Below are positions 1-9,787 of a DNA stretch of 64,000 nt, piece after piece (position 1 is the stretch's first letter; the number at the start of each line of letters is the position of its first letter). The notes beneath the pieces are model-generated. The model saw only the letters and a list, made by a program, of their open reading frames with translations, did not search any database and was not told the DNA's origin. Made by a program: the position numbers and the translations under genes. This stretch comes from Alphaproteobacteria bacterium (GTDB lineage: Bacteria > Pseudomonadota > Alphaproteobacteria > Rhizobiales > GCA-2746425), in NCBI GenBank assembly GCA_024743215.1, contig JANSWZ010000006.1, positions 223,627 to 287,626 on the forward strand, written 5' to 3'.

Positions 1-489
1 GACTCGGTGCTGGTCGAGATAGTTGATGATGCCGGAAAGCCCTGTATACCGGGGCAAGAGGGCGCCGTCGTCATCACCACCCTCAGCAATTTTGCGACAC
101 CCCTTATCCGCTATGCCATTGGGGACCGCGCGATAGCCGGTAAGACATGCGGATGCGGCCGCAATCAACCAATTCTTACCCGCATTCTGGGGCGCGAACG
201 CAATCTGCTTGTCGCCAAAGACGGCAAATACTGGCCAAGCTTCGGCATGCGGTCCTTCCGGGATGAAGTACCTGTTCTGTCGCAACAATTCCGGCAGACA
301 GCGCTGGACCGGCTGGAAATGAGCTATGTATCCAGCGAAGAACTGACCATTGATCAGGAAGACCTGCTCCGCGCCCATTTGCAAAAAGCTCTGCCAGCGG
401 ACATGACGATAAAACTGATACGCGTCGACGAACTGCCCCGCCATGAAAGCGGCAAAGCAGAGATGTTCATCAGCGAATTCGAAAACTAG
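1..489 (+). CDS. Adenylate-forming ligase, PaaK/CapK/coenzyme F390 synthetase family (C-terminal part; 5' end lies outside the window)
   Basis: The frame is open from base 1 (track ORF 7..489). The GQEGAVVITTL...IRYAIGDR...ESGKAEMF pattern resembles the C-terminal subdomain of phenylacetate-CoA-ligase-like enzymes. Confidence 0.6.
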   Translation, partial: DSVLVEIVDDAGKPCIPGQEGAVVITTLSNFATPLIRYAIGDRAIAGKTCGCGRNQPILTRILGRERNLLVAKDGKYWPSFGMRSFRDEVPVLSQQFRQTALDRLEMSYVSSEELTIDQEDLLRAHLQKALPADMTIKLIRVDELPRHESGKAEMFISEFEN

Positions 490-505
490 GAAGGCTGGAA
501 GTCAG

Positions 506-1240
506 CTAGTAACCTGAAAATGGCATTCGAAGCCCGACCATAATCGAGTGAGCAAGATAATCATGCTCAATTTCGAAGGCATCGCCATTTACATCACGGC
601 CTTCAAATGCGCCATCGGCCGTCAGGAAGGCGCGGTAATCAACCGTTGCAATCCAGCCCTGTGGCAACATCATGGAAAAACCAACACCAGCCTGCCCGGC
701 CAGGACCCAATCAGAATCATCGACCCTGCCAACCTCGCCTCCGCCGGTCGAATCAATATCGTCCAACTCCAAGTGAAGCTGCGCAACGCCCACACCGCCA
801 CCAAAATGCATGCCAAATGTTTCGTTCAAATCCACATCCCGCCAGACATTGGCCATCACCGCCAAGGCAGAAACATGATCATCGGAACCGGCCTGATTAA
901 ATGCTCCGCCAGATTCAGGCGATCCTTCATAGTAGGAAGACACGTCATTCCTGCGGTAGGACAGTTCCAGCTCACCACGAATGTTGTGGGAAAATTCATG
1001 GCCCACTGCCGCGCCTAGAACAAAACCCGTGTCATATTCAATATCACCACTGGTTGACCGTATTTCACTGCTCATCGGATCAACCGATACATCTGCATCT
1101 TGCAGAATATTCACACCGCCAAACACCGCAGCGTAGAAGCCAGCTTTGTCAAAGGGCGCATAGTCTTCGGCTGCCGCAGATCCCACCAACAAACCAAAGG
1201 CTGCGCAAGACGCCAGCAATCCATGCTTCAAATCAGACAT
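506..1240 (-). CDS. Outer-membrane beta-barrel protein (Omp25/Omp31/OmpA-like porin family)
   Basis: Signal peptide (LLASCAAFGLLVGSAAA). Alternating amphipathic strands rich in G/Y/D. C-terminal aromatic residue (..FSGY). Confidence 0.7.
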   Translation of the reverse strand: MSDLKHGLLASCAAFGLLVGSAAAEDYAPFDKAGFYAAVFGGVNILQDADVSVDPMSSEIRSTSGDIEYDTGFVLGAAVGHEFSHNIRGELELSYRRNDVSSYYEGSPESGGAFNQAGSDDHVSALAVMANVWRDVDLNETFGMHFGGGVGVAQLHLELDDIDSTGGGEVGRVDDSDWVLAGQAGVGFSMMLPQGWIATVDYRAFLTADGAFEGRDVNGDAFEIEHDYLAHSIMVGLRMPFSGY

Positions 1241-1384
1241 TTCATTTCCCGTGTAGCTCAGCAGGCACCCTGAATATCAACCAGATGCTGTTGTTAAATA
1301 GCTACTTGAAAACCATTTTGTTGTCTAGACTGGTTGCATTGACAATGCTTGATCAAAACTCGACACACCGAATAGGCCGCCTGA

Positions 1385-2251
1385 ATGCTTCATTTCCCGG
1401 AATGCCCAATGGCTAACGCAGAAATGTGCCTGCAATTAGCGCCGCGTCACTGTACCGCCTGCCACGGGTTTCATCTCAGCGCCATCATGCGGCGCGCGAC
1501 ACTGCCAATTGACCAGCGCATTGGCGATTTTGCGGAGTTTCAGGCGGCAACCAGCCAAGTTCTGGCACAGGCAAGAAGCACTTCAAATCCGGTCAGGGTC
1601 ATCATTGGCGGCACAACTGACACTGGTCTTTATGCCGGGTTGCTGAATGCTGCAGTCACAGTTGGCGGGCCCGGCTTTGCCCGTTCTCTTGACGTCACAA
1701 TTATTGACCGGTGCCAGACGCCTTTGGAAATCTGCAATTCCTACGCACGGGAAAATGATCTGCACCTCACGACAATCCGTGCCGATATGGCAGAATTCCA
1801 ACCTGATGCGCCAGTCGGACTGATCCTCATGCATGGTGTGCTGTCCTTCATCCCGCTTACAAAACGTCTGTCGTTTCTGAGGCATCTTGGGGCTTGGCTT
1901 ACCCCTGATGGGAGGGTGATTTCCTCCACTCAAATGGGCCATAGGCGAGGAACGACCGAGCGCGAAGCTCGTGTCGATCAGGCACTGCAAAACCTGAAAA
2001 CTGTTCTGGCAGACAGCACTGGCATGGACAGGACAGAATCTGAATTACTGGAACGTCAGTTGAAGGAAGGCATGTTGGCCCGCAGCCAGCATGCTAATTT
2101 GTTCAACACAGAGGAAGACGCCATCAAATTTTACGAAAACGCAGACCTGACCGTTGTGAGCTTCACCTGCATCGAAACCGGCAAGCGCACCATTCATGGG
2201 CTTGAGCGCCGTTACACCCAAAGAGGCCTTGCCGTCTGCAGCCGCTCCTAA
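1385..2251 (+). CDS. Hypothetical protein with class I methyltransferase-like fold (atypical motif I); start uncertain (ATG 1385 or 1409)
   Basis: Rossmann-like succession: VRVIIGGTTDTG, then DVTIIDRC, IRADMAEF, GLILMHGVLSFI and LTPDGRV. There is an N-terminal CTAC pair. No canonical GxGxG motif. Confidence 0.35.
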   Translation: MLHFPECPMANAEMCLQLAPRHCTACHGFHLSAIMRRATLPIDQRIGDFAEFQAATSQVLAQARSTSNPVRVIIGGTTDTGLYAGLLNAAVTVGGPGFARSLDVTIIDRCQTPLEICNSYARENDLHLTTIRADMAEFQPDAPVGLILMHGVLSFIPLTKRLSFLRHLGAWLTPDGRVISSTQMGHRRGTTEREARVDQALQNLKTVLADSTGMDRTESELLERQLKEGMLARSQHANLFNTEEDAIKFYENADLTVVSFTCIETGKRTIHGLERRYTQRGLAVCSRS

Positions 2252-4176
2252 GAGGCAATGAAGCTGGCGTAGAACCAACCTGTAACCATCGGCTCAGCCC
2301 GAATGTCCAGAACCAGAGCCAGAAAACCCAGCTGAACCAGCGCAACACTCAATGCTGCCAGTTCGCAGGCAAGCATACGCGCGCGCGCCTTCCGCATCAT
2401 CCAACCGACATACAGGGCGCTGGCCAACGGCAGGCCGACAAACGGCGTCAAGATGCAAAAAATCACCGTTGTCCTGATGTATTCGAATGTCTGCAACTCC
2501 GGCCGATCCGATACAGCGTCGCTTGGAGAAGGCCGGAACCCGACAAACATGACCAGTCCGGCCAGCATAACCCCCGTTACAGAAACAATCAGTGGAACCG
2601 GGGAGGCACCATTGGGAAATAACAGGCTGCCGACAATAGCCGCCATAAAGACAAGGCAAAGCGGCAATGCCAATTGCGCATCCGCCGGTCCAGCAACAAT
2701 CCGGCGGCCCACGGAACGGGACCGCATGCCGCGCCAGGCAATCAAGCCAAAAACAATCAGCATGATCACACTGGTCGGTCGGCCAAACATCGACCAACCC
2801 CAGATCTGGGATGTTTGAATATAGGAAATTTCTGCCAGTGGCCCCATGATGAAGCCCAGCAGAAAGGCGGCGCGGGACCATTCCACACGTTTCAGAGCCA
2901 CACCAAGCGCACCGCCAACCATGAATTGTGCCAACGTCGTCCAGTGCATGTCCTGATAGAGCGCTGCAAACAAGGACAACGCAATTGCTATCGGCACCAT
3001 ATGATCCCGGCGCAGGGCAGCCAGCCGAACAATGCCCGGCACGACAGCAAAGAACATCGGGATTGCAAGAAGATTAGCCAGCAAAACAGTTGTTGCCAAA
3101 GTGACCGAAACATCAACATCACTGGTTAGTAAATTGGGCCCGACTGGCAATCCGATCACCAGAAAGGCCCCCAGCATAATGGCCATGCTGGAACTGCCCG
3201 GGATGCCAAAAAACAGGGTCGGCACCATGGCGCCGCCTTCTTTGGAATTGTTTGCCGCTTCAGGCGCAATCACACCTTCAATCGCCCCCTTGCCAAAGGG
3301 CACCACAGATTTGGAGTGATTGGAGGCATACGCATAGGACATCCACACGGCAACGCTCGATCCCAGTCCCGGCATCATGCCAATGCCAATTCCATAGAGT
3401 GATGAACGCAGCACAAGTCGCATATGGGCAAAGGTCTTGCCCATGCCATGAAACACATCTGCAAGGCTGGTGGACACTGCCCTGTCATGCCCCTTGGCAT
3501 CATACGACCATCTGGCCAGCATTTCGGGCACCACGAAAATGCCACCCACAAGTGCTGCCAGATTGATACCGCTGCGCAATTCAGACAGGCCGAAGGTAAA
3601 TCGAGCGGCTGACGTATGCACATCCAACCCGATACAGGCCACCAGAAACCCGAGCGCTGCGGCCAGCAATCCCGTTAGCAGACTGCGCCCGGACAACAAG
3701 GCAACCATAGAAAGGCCGGCCAGAGCCAGCAAAAGAAACTCGGGCGGCCCGAAATGATTGAGCACGAGCCGTGCAACGGGAATGACCGCCAGAAACGCCA
3801 GGGCCCCAAGCACACCGCCAATCGCCGAGGAAGAAAGACTGGCCCCCAGCGCCTCCCCTGCCCGACCCATTTTTGCCAGCGGATAGCCATCCAGAACGGT
3901 CGCCGCATCGGCCCCGGTGGACGGCAATGCGAATGCAATGGCGGGAATGGATGCAGACGTGTGAACCACCGAATGCATGGCAAACAGGAAAACGGCACCG
4001 CCCAGAGGATCCCAGAATGCCGCAACAGGCAAGGACAGAATAATGCCAATGCGCCCGCCAATGCCGGGTGCAAGCCCGGCCACAAAGCCGAACAGGGTGC
4101 CCAGACACAGAGCCGTCAGAAGACCAGTCCAGCCGGAAGTTGCAACGGACAGGAGTTCGGCAAGTACCGGCATCAA
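2248..4176 (-). CDS. Tripartite tricarboxylate transporter large permease (TctA family) with a C-terminal TctB-like 4-TM extension
   Basis: 642 aa. The first ~500 aa show TctA hallmarks (GxxxGxxPGIGG, [43 protein letters not shown]). The last ~140 aa carry four additional hydrophobic helices. Confidence 0.8.
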   Translation of the reverse strand: MMPVLAELLSVATSGWTGLLTALCLGTLFGFVAGLAPGIGGRIGIILSLPVAAFWDPLGGAVFLFAMHSVVHTSASIPAIAFALPSTGADAATVLDGYPLAKMGRAGEALGASLSSSAIGGVLGALAFLAVIPVARLVLNHFGPPEFLLLALAGLSMVALLSGRSLLTGLLAAALGFLVACIGLDVHTSAARFTFGLSELRSGINLAALVGGIFVVPEMLARWSYDAKGHDRAVSTSLADVFHGMGKTFAHMRLVLRSSLYGIGIGMMPGLGSSVAVWMSYAYASNHSKSVVPFGKGAIEGVIAPEAANNSKEGGAMVPTLFFGIPGSSSMAIMLGAFLVIGLPVGPNLLTSDVDVSVTLATTVLLANLLAIPMFFAVVPGIVRLAALRRDHMVPIAIALSLFAALYQDMHWTTLAQFMVGGALGVALKRVEWSRAAFLLGFIMGPLAEISYIQTSQIWGWSMFGRPTSVIMLIVFGLIAWRGMRSRSVGRRIVAGPADAQLALPLCLVFMAAIVGSLLFPNGASPVPLIVSVTGVMLAGLVMFVGFRPSPSDAVSDRPELQTFEYIRTTVIFCILTPFVGLPLASALYVGWMMRKARARMLACELAALSVALVQLGFLALVLDIRAEPMVTGWFYASFIAS

Positions 4177-4231
4177 TTGGCTTTACATAAGGTTTTGGAA
4201 CAGACTGTGAAAAGTCTGCCTGAAGTACAAC

Positions 4232-5317
4232 TCAGTTGGAAGTCCCAACTTGCGAAAAGTCACAGCGCGTCACTTTACCCCGTGACATGGCCAGGCCACA
4301 CGCATAGGCCGTGTCCAAAAGCAGTTTTTGCGCAGGGTCGGAGGTCAGCAATTCCTGCAATTGCGCTTCAACTGTTTCGCTGGCCACCGCCGCAACCGGC
4401 ACCCCCTCCTGTGCAGCCCTTTCAACGAAATCCGGGTCACTCAGAATATCATGAAACAGAGAGCGCAATGCCGCCACATCCTCATCCGCAACAGATGGCG
4501 GCGCATAAAACGCCCGCCCCATGCCACGGGCTGATTTTATGAACGCAACAACCGAGGCTGGAGCATCTGGCACCAGAAAACTTTCGAGCGGCTCTACCGC
4601 GCCCATCGCAGCGGGAAAGTCCTCACCGGTGATCGTATACAACGCCTTGATATCACCCGACGCCAGCAGCGGTTCCAACTTGGCATCTGCCGCAATCGTG
4701 TAAAAATCGACATCTGCGGCCAGCAAGCTGCGCAGCCGATCGGATTTTTTGAAACCGATCACGATTTTCGAGGGAATTCCAGTCACGGCGTTAAGCAGAA
4801 TTCCCACAGTGGCATGAGTCGCCAGAATATCACTGACCGGAAGTATGGTCTGCGGTTCCAGGGTCCGCAAAACATCCGGCTCCCATGGCAGTCCGCGCCG
4901 AGCGGCCATTATGAAACTCTCCACCTCGACACCGGCAATCCATTGCGCCTGCCGAAAGTCAAAATCCACATCCGCACGCTCATTCAATTGAGCAAAGGCA
5001 ATTTCAGGTGGTCGCACAAAACCGATTGCCAGCACACCCTTTGAACGGCCAAACAAATCACTGGTGCCATCCACGCCGCTGCCGGTATCATTAAAGCGCG
5101 TACGGACAGGCGTCGCTGGAAGCCGTTTGCGCAATTCCTGCGAAAAGACATTCCAGAACCGCGCCCCGCCTCCAGTATTGGAAAACCCAACCATCACATC
5201 CAGCGTCCGCCCGGCCAATTGCTGTTCCGGCCCGGATTGAGCAAAAGATCCGCCGATCAATGCCAAACAAAAGACAGCAATCCAGGCAAACTTTCTGACG
5301 ATCAACTTGAGTTGCAT
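4232..5317 (-). CDS. Periplasmic solute-binding protein, distant TctC/Bug-like
   Basis: Signal peptide. The LDVMVGFSNTGGGARFW motif parallels the Bug-family xVVPFxAGGGxD motif. The gene lies immediately upstream of the TctA-like gene on the same strand. Confidence 0.5.
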   Translation of the reverse strand: MQLKLIVRKFAWIAVFCLALIGGSFAQSGPEQQLAGRTLDVMVGFSNTGGGARFWNVFSQELRKRLPATPVRTRFNDTGSGVDGTSDLFGRSKGVLAIGFVRPPEIAFAQLNERADVDFDFRQAQWIAGVEVESFIMAARRGLPWEPDVLRTLEPQTILPVSDILATHATVGILLNAVTGIPSKIVIGFKKSDRLRSLLAADVDFYTIAADAKLEPLLASGDIKALYTITGEDFPAAMGAVEPLESFLVPDAPASVVAFIKSARGMGRAFYAPPSVADEDVAALRSLFHDILSDPDFVERAAQEGVPVAAVASETVEAQLQELLTSDPAQKLLLDTAYACGLAMSRGKVTRCDFSQVGTSN

Positions 5318-5514
5318 TTAGAAGTCCTCTCATGCGAATGACCGTTGTTTAAAAGTGTTTTTGTGCTTTGATCAAGCAAACTTGTCTTTGTGCAGGCAAA
5401 AGGTCTGTGATGCCGCATCGGCAGCGTGGTTCGATCAGGGGTGAATGGGAAACAACGCCGAAACGTCTGACACAAGCTTGACTCGGCGCAGAGCCTTCTT
5501 TAAGAAAAATGTAC

Positions 5515-5528
5515 TTTGGTATACCAAA
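5515..5528. promoter_or_regulatory. Perfect 14-bp palindrome TTTGGTATACCAAA; candidate GntR/FadR-type operator upstream of tctC
   Basis: It sits 56 nt upstream of the tctC ATG. It lies just downstream of a possible TTGACT(5478)-N17-TAAGAA promoter. The GGT-N4-ACC core is typical of FadR-subfamily GntR sites. It is followed by a second ATACCAAAA copy. Confidence 0.4.
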
Positions 5529-5583
5529 ATACCAAAACCTGACTGCATAGCAGGACGGGGAAAGCTGCAACCGGGAGGAAACT

Positions 5584-6558
5584 ATGAAAGACACCAGAAA
5601 ACTGCGCGCATTGACGCTGATTGTTGGCGCATCAACACTTGCGCTCACCAGCTTCGCGCCTCAGGCACACGCCCAAGACTACCCTTCAAAGACAATTGAA
5701 GTCGTCACACACGCCGGCAATGGCGGCGGCACCGACGTCACCACACGCATGATGATGCTGCGCGGACGCCGCGAATTGGGCGCTGACATGGTCGTAGTCA
5801 ACAAAGGCGGTGGCGGCGGCGCTGTTGCCATGGATTACTATCTCACACAGCCTGCCGACGGTCATTCCATTTTGACATTCACCATTGGTCACGCAGCAAC
5901 GCTGGCCAAGAACGAAACCAAGATGAAACTGGAAGATGTGCGCCCGATCGCACGCGGAACAGATGATCCCCAGATTCTCATGGTGAAATGTGGTGCCTAC
6001 GCAGATGCGGCCGAATTTGTTGCAAAACAAAAAGAAGAGGCCATCATCTACGGCACAACCCATTTGGGCAATATTGATGATGTTTCCGCTTTCATGTTCA
6101 CCAAAAAAGGCGACATGAAAACACCAAAGATCCTTCCATTTGATGGCGGCGGCGAATTGGCCACCCAGCTTGTCGCAGGCGCGGTTGATGTTGCTGTACT
6201 GAACCTGGCGGAAGCTGGTAGCCAGATCGATTCAGGCGATGTCTGCCCGATCGTTGTTCTGGCCGATCAACGCATGCCGGCATTGCCGGATGTGTCAACA
6301 GCCAAGGAAATGGGCATCCCGGTCAGCTTCTCGACCGTACGTGGATTTGTCGTTCACAAGGACACCCCGGATGATGTCGCCGCGAAGATTGAAGAGGCCC
6401 TTGTAAAATCCATGAACCATGGCGTTTATCAAGGTTTCCTGGTCTCGGTTGGACTTGATTCGTCATCTGTTGCCGGATCAGAAGAATGGGGCAATCAGCT
6501 GCAAACCATGGTGACGGATATGTCAGCAGCATTGAAAGAGCTTGGTTTCATCGAGTAA
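5584..6558 (+). CDS. tctC: TTT substrate-binding protein (TctC/Bug family)
   Basis: Signal peptide plus DYPSKTIEVVTHAGNGGGTDVTTR. GGGAGG RBS. Confidence 0.85.
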   Translation: MKDTRKLRALTLIVGASTLALTSFAPQAHAQDYPSKTIEVVTHAGNGGGTDVTTRMMMLRGRRELGADMVVVNKGGGGGAVAMDYYLTQPADGHSILTFTIGHAATLAKNETKMKLEDVRPIARGTDDPQILMVKCGAYADAAEFVAKQKEEAIIYGTTHLGNIDDVSAFMFTKKGDMKTPKILPFDGGGELATQLVAGAVDVAVLNLAEAGSQIDSGDVCPIVVLADQRMPALPDVSTAKEMGIPVSFSTVRGFVVHKDTPDDVAAKIEEALVKSMNHGVYQGFLVSVGLDSSSVAGSEEWGNQLQTMVTDMSAALKELGFIE

Positions 6559-6622
6559 ACCAGACCTGTTTCCACACCAACTGCCCCTTGATCCTGGATC
6601 AGGGGGCAAACCGGGCTGCTTC

Positions 6623-7090
6623 ATGAAAACACCACTCAATCCTGACAGGCGGGCCAGATGGCTGGTTCCGATCTGCATCATCCTCTTTTGTATTGTAGCG
6701 CTCTACTTCACCACAACATTCAAGAAGATGCCGCCAATCCTGAAGCGCGGTATTCAGCCGTCTGATTTCCCTCAACTGGTGTGTCTGCTGATTGTCAGTC
6801 TGACCCTGTTGATGGTCTGGAAGGACCCGGTAAGAATTGTTGAGCGCGTCACATCCAAATCATGGATGACCATGGGGCTGATGATCGGGTTTGTGGCCTT
6901 GATGCAGGTTGATCTCTTTCTGGCTTTGGGCGCCTTTGCAGCTACACTGACCATGTTGTGGGGTGAACGCCGTCCCCTTAACATTGCCCTTGTGGGCATC
7001 CTCATTCCGACCACGGTTTTCTTTCTTTTTGATCTCGTCTTCAAAATCCGCTTTCCCCGCGGATTATTGACCTCCCTCTGGTACGGATAA
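6623..7090 (+). CDS. tctB: TTT small permease (TctB family)
   Basis: Small 4-TM protein between tctC and tctA. I chose the start at the internal ATG (MKTPLNPDRRARW...). Confidence 0.7.
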   Translation: MKTPLNPDRRARWLVPICIILFCIVALYFTTTFKKMPPILKRGIQPSDFPQLVCLLIVSLTLLMVWKDPVRIVERVTSKSWMTMGLMIGFVALMQVDLFLALGAFAATLTMLWGERRPLNIALVGILIPTTVFFLFDLVFKIRFPRGLLTSLWYG

Positions 7091-7095
7091 GTACA

Positions 7096-8592
7096 ATGGA
7101 TGCTTTTTTAAACGGCTTTCTGGCACTGACCGATCCAAGTCTGTTGCTGTTGCTGGTCGCCGCAACTCTTGGCGGCGTCATCATCGGCGCACTGCCCGGT
7201 TTGAACGCCACAACAGGCGCGGCACTGCTCTTGCCCTTCACTTTGACGATGGAGCCGGTTGCAGCCATTTCGATACTGACTGCAATCTATTGCTCAGCGA
7301 CGTTTGCCGGTGCAATCACAGCCATCCTTATCAACACACCCGGCACATCTGCCAGCGCAACCACCTGTCTTGACGGCTATCCTCTGGCCTTGCGCGGCGA
7401 AGCGGGGCGCGCCCTTGGCATGGCTGTGGTCGCGTCGACCATTGGTGGTGTCCTGAGCGTTATCTGCCTTATGATTGCCGCGCCGGTTCTGGCCCGTGCC
7501 GCCTATAATTTTGCACCGCCGGAATATTTCGCACTGACCTTGTTCGGACTGTCCATGCTGGTCAGCGTTGGCGGCGGTTCACCGATCAAGAACCTCATTG
7601 CAGGCGCATTCGGCATTCTGTTGGCAACGGTCGGCGTCGATCTTCTGACATCCGTCAAACGCTTTACCTTCGACGTTCCACAACTTCATGAAGGCATCGG
7701 TTTCGTTCCGGTCATGATCGGCGTATTTGGAATTTCCGAATTGCTGTCCCAGGCCTCCGCTCTGCATCAAAAGCGTGAACAGGTCACAATGAAGGCCATC
7801 AAGCTGCCCTCCATGGCCGATTACAAAAAGGTCTGGAAAACCATTTTGCGATCAACCGGCATCGGCACCTTCATCGGTATTCTGCCAGCGGAAGGAGCAA
7901 CCGTTGCCTCCATGATCGGTTATAATGAAGCGCGGCGCTGGTCCAAGACACCAGAAGAGTTCGGCAAAGGTGCCATTGAAGGCATCGCAGGATCAGAGGC
8001 CGCGAACAATTCTGCAACCGGCGGTGCCATGGTGCCGACACTGGCTCTCGGCATTCCCGGAAGTCCAACAGCGGCAGTTATTCTGGCCGGATTGCTGGTC
8101 CACGGCCTGCGCCCCGGTCCTACAATGTTCACCGAACAGGCTGATTTCGCCTTCGCCATTTTCTGGTCGATGCTTTTCGTAAACCTGCTGTTTCTGGTCA
8201 TTGGCCTATATGGGGCAAAGGTATTTGCGCGGGTCACCCTCATACCGATCCGCATGCTTTGGCCCAGTGTCTTCATCTTTTCGATTGTCGGTGCCTATGC
8301 TCTGGATCAATCCATGTTTGATGTCTGGATTGCCATCGTTTCCGGGATCATCGGCTACTTCATGCGGGTTTACGGGTTTTCCGTCGTACCTCTGGCCATC
8401 GGCCTGATATTGGGCGGCATGCTGGAGCAGCGCCTGGGCCAATCCATGGTCATGCTGGACGAGCAATGGTGGCTGATCGCTACCCGACCCCTTTCGGCAT
8501 TCTTCCTGATTCTCACTGCTATTGCCCTGTTTGGGCCCGCCCTGTGGAAACTGATCACAGGGCAACGGCCAGCGTTTAAAAAAGGTTCCTGA
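7096..8592 (+). CDS. tctA: TTT large permease (TctA family)
   Basis: [17 protein letters not shown] and [25 protein letters not shown] motifs. 498 aa polytopic protein. Confidence 0.9.
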   Translation: MDAFLNGFLALTDPSLLLLLVAATLGGVIIGALPGLNATTGAALLLPFTLTMEPVAAISILTAIYCSATFAGAITAILINTPGTSASATTCLDGYPLALRGEAGRALGMAVVASTIGGVLSVICLMIAAPVLARAAYNFAPPEYFALTLFGLSMLVSVGGGSPIKNLIAGAFGILLATVGVDLLTSVKRFTFDVPQLHEGIGFVPVMIGVFGISELLSQASALHQKREQVTMKAIKLPSMADYKKVWKTILRSTGIGTFIGILPAEGATVASMIGYNEARRWSKTPEEFGKGAIEGIAGSEAANNSATGGAMVPTLALGIPGSPTAAVILAGLLVHGLRPGPTMFTEQADFAFAIFWSMLFVNLLFLVIGLYGAKVFARVTLIPIRMLWPSVFIFSIVGAYALDQSMFDVWIAIVSGIIGYFMRVYGFSVVPLAIGLILGGMLEQRLGQSMVMLDEQWWLIATRPLSAFFLILTAIALFGPALWKLITGQRPAFKKGS

Positions 8593-8594
8593 TC

Positions 8595-9770
8595 ATGAGT
8601 CGCATCAAATCCATCCGCACACGGGTCTGGAACTGGACCGGTCCAACCGTTCCCCCCCAGGGCAATTTCTGCACCAATGCATCAGATGTGTTGTGGGAGC
8701 GCGGCGATGCCATGTCGTCCTTTCGATTCTACCAATGGCTGACCTGCGAAGTCGAAAGCGAAGACGGCACAATCGGCATCGGAAATGCGGCCCTTGCACC
8801 GGTCGTGGTCAAAAAAGCCATCGACGAATACTACGCCCCTTTGGTGATTGGCGAAGATCCCTTTGACTACGCCTATATCTGGGAAAAAATGTACCGTCGC
8901 ACCCATGCCTGGGGTCGCAAGGGCATCGGCATGACAGCCATTTCAGCAATCGATATTGCGATCTGGGATTTGATGGGCAAGCAAGTCGGAAAACCCGTTT
9001 TCAAGCTGCTCGGTGGGCGCACCAAGGAAAAAATCCCGGTCTACTACTCCAAACTCTACGCAGACTCGGTGCCAGCCATGCAACAAGAGGCCGAAGAGGC
9101 CATGAAAAACGGCTACAACGCCTACAAGTCACGCTTTGGCTACGGCCCAAAGGACGGCATGCAGGGCATGCGCGAGAATCTGAAACGCGTTGAAGCACTG
9201 CGCGAGGTCATTGGTTATGACAATGATCTGATGCTGGAATGCTATATGGGCTGGACGCTTGATTATGCCAAACGCATGCTGCCAAAGCTTGAAAAATATG
9301 AGCCGCGCTGGCTCGAAGAGCCGGTTATCGCTGATGACGTGGCAGGTTATGCCGAGCTGAACGCCATGGGCATTGTGCCCATTTCGGGCGGCGAACATGA
9401 ATATTCAATCATTGGCTGCAAGGACCTGATCGAAAAGAAAGCCGTCAGCATCCTGCAATATGACACCAATCGCGTCGGCGGCATTACAGCCGCGCAGAAA
9501 ATCAACGCCATAGCGGAAGCAAACCAGATTCCGGTCATTCCCCATGCTGGCCAGATGCACAATTATCACCTGACGATGGCCAATGTGAACTGCCCGATCA
9601 GCGAATACTTCCCGGTTTTTGACGTGGAGGTCGGCAACGAGCTTTTCTACTATATTTTCGAGGGTGATCCCGACGCGGTAGATGGCTATCTGCAGTTGGA
9701 CGATGACACACCCGGTCTGGGAATCTCCATTTCAGATAAACATCTGAAAAACTTTGAAATCATAGAATAA
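8595..9770 (+). CDS. Enolase-superfamily acid-sugar dehydratase (L-rhamnonate dehydratase-like subgroup)
   Basis: Aligns by eye with RhmD/YfaW: [52 protein letters not shown]. Confidence 0.8.
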   Translation: MSRIKSIRTRVWNWTGPTVPPQGNFCTNASDVLWERGDAMSSFRFYQWLTCEVESEDGTIGIGNAALAPVVVKKAIDEYYAPLVIGEDPFDYAYIWEKMYRRTHAWGRKGIGMTAISAIDIAIWDLMGKQVGKPVFKLLGGRTKEKIPVYYSKLYADSVPAMQQEAEEAMKNGYNAYKSRFGYGPKDGMQGMRENLKRVEALREVIGYDNDLMLECYMGWTLDYAKRMLPKLEKYEPRWLEEPVIADDVAGYAELNAMGIVPISGGEHEYSIIGCKDLIEKKAVSILQYDTNRVGGITAAQKINAIAEANQIPVIPHAGQMHNYHLTMANVNCPISEYFPVFDVEVGNELFYYIFEGDPDAVDGYLQLDDDTPGLGISISDKHLKNFEIIE

Positions 9771-9787
9771 TCTCAGGAGTAGCGTTC

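Noticed and set aside
1241-1399. An 11-nt direct repeat TTCATTTCCCG at 1241-1251 and 1389-1399, flanking the OMP/methyltransferase intergenic region. A 13-bp palindrome GCATTGACAATGC lies at 1336-1348.
   Set aside because: The first copy is simply the RBS region of the OMP gene on the other strand (CGGGAAATGAA-ATG). With only two short copies there is no further support for a mobile-element scar or an operator. Possibly chance.
5360-5380. TTGATCAA palindrome upstream of the divergent SBP gene, considered as an FNR-like half-site or operator. Other TTGAT occurrences are at 1349, 31148 and 40703.
   Set aside because: None of them has the ATCAA partner at N4 spacing. An 8-bp palindrome alone is too short to call.
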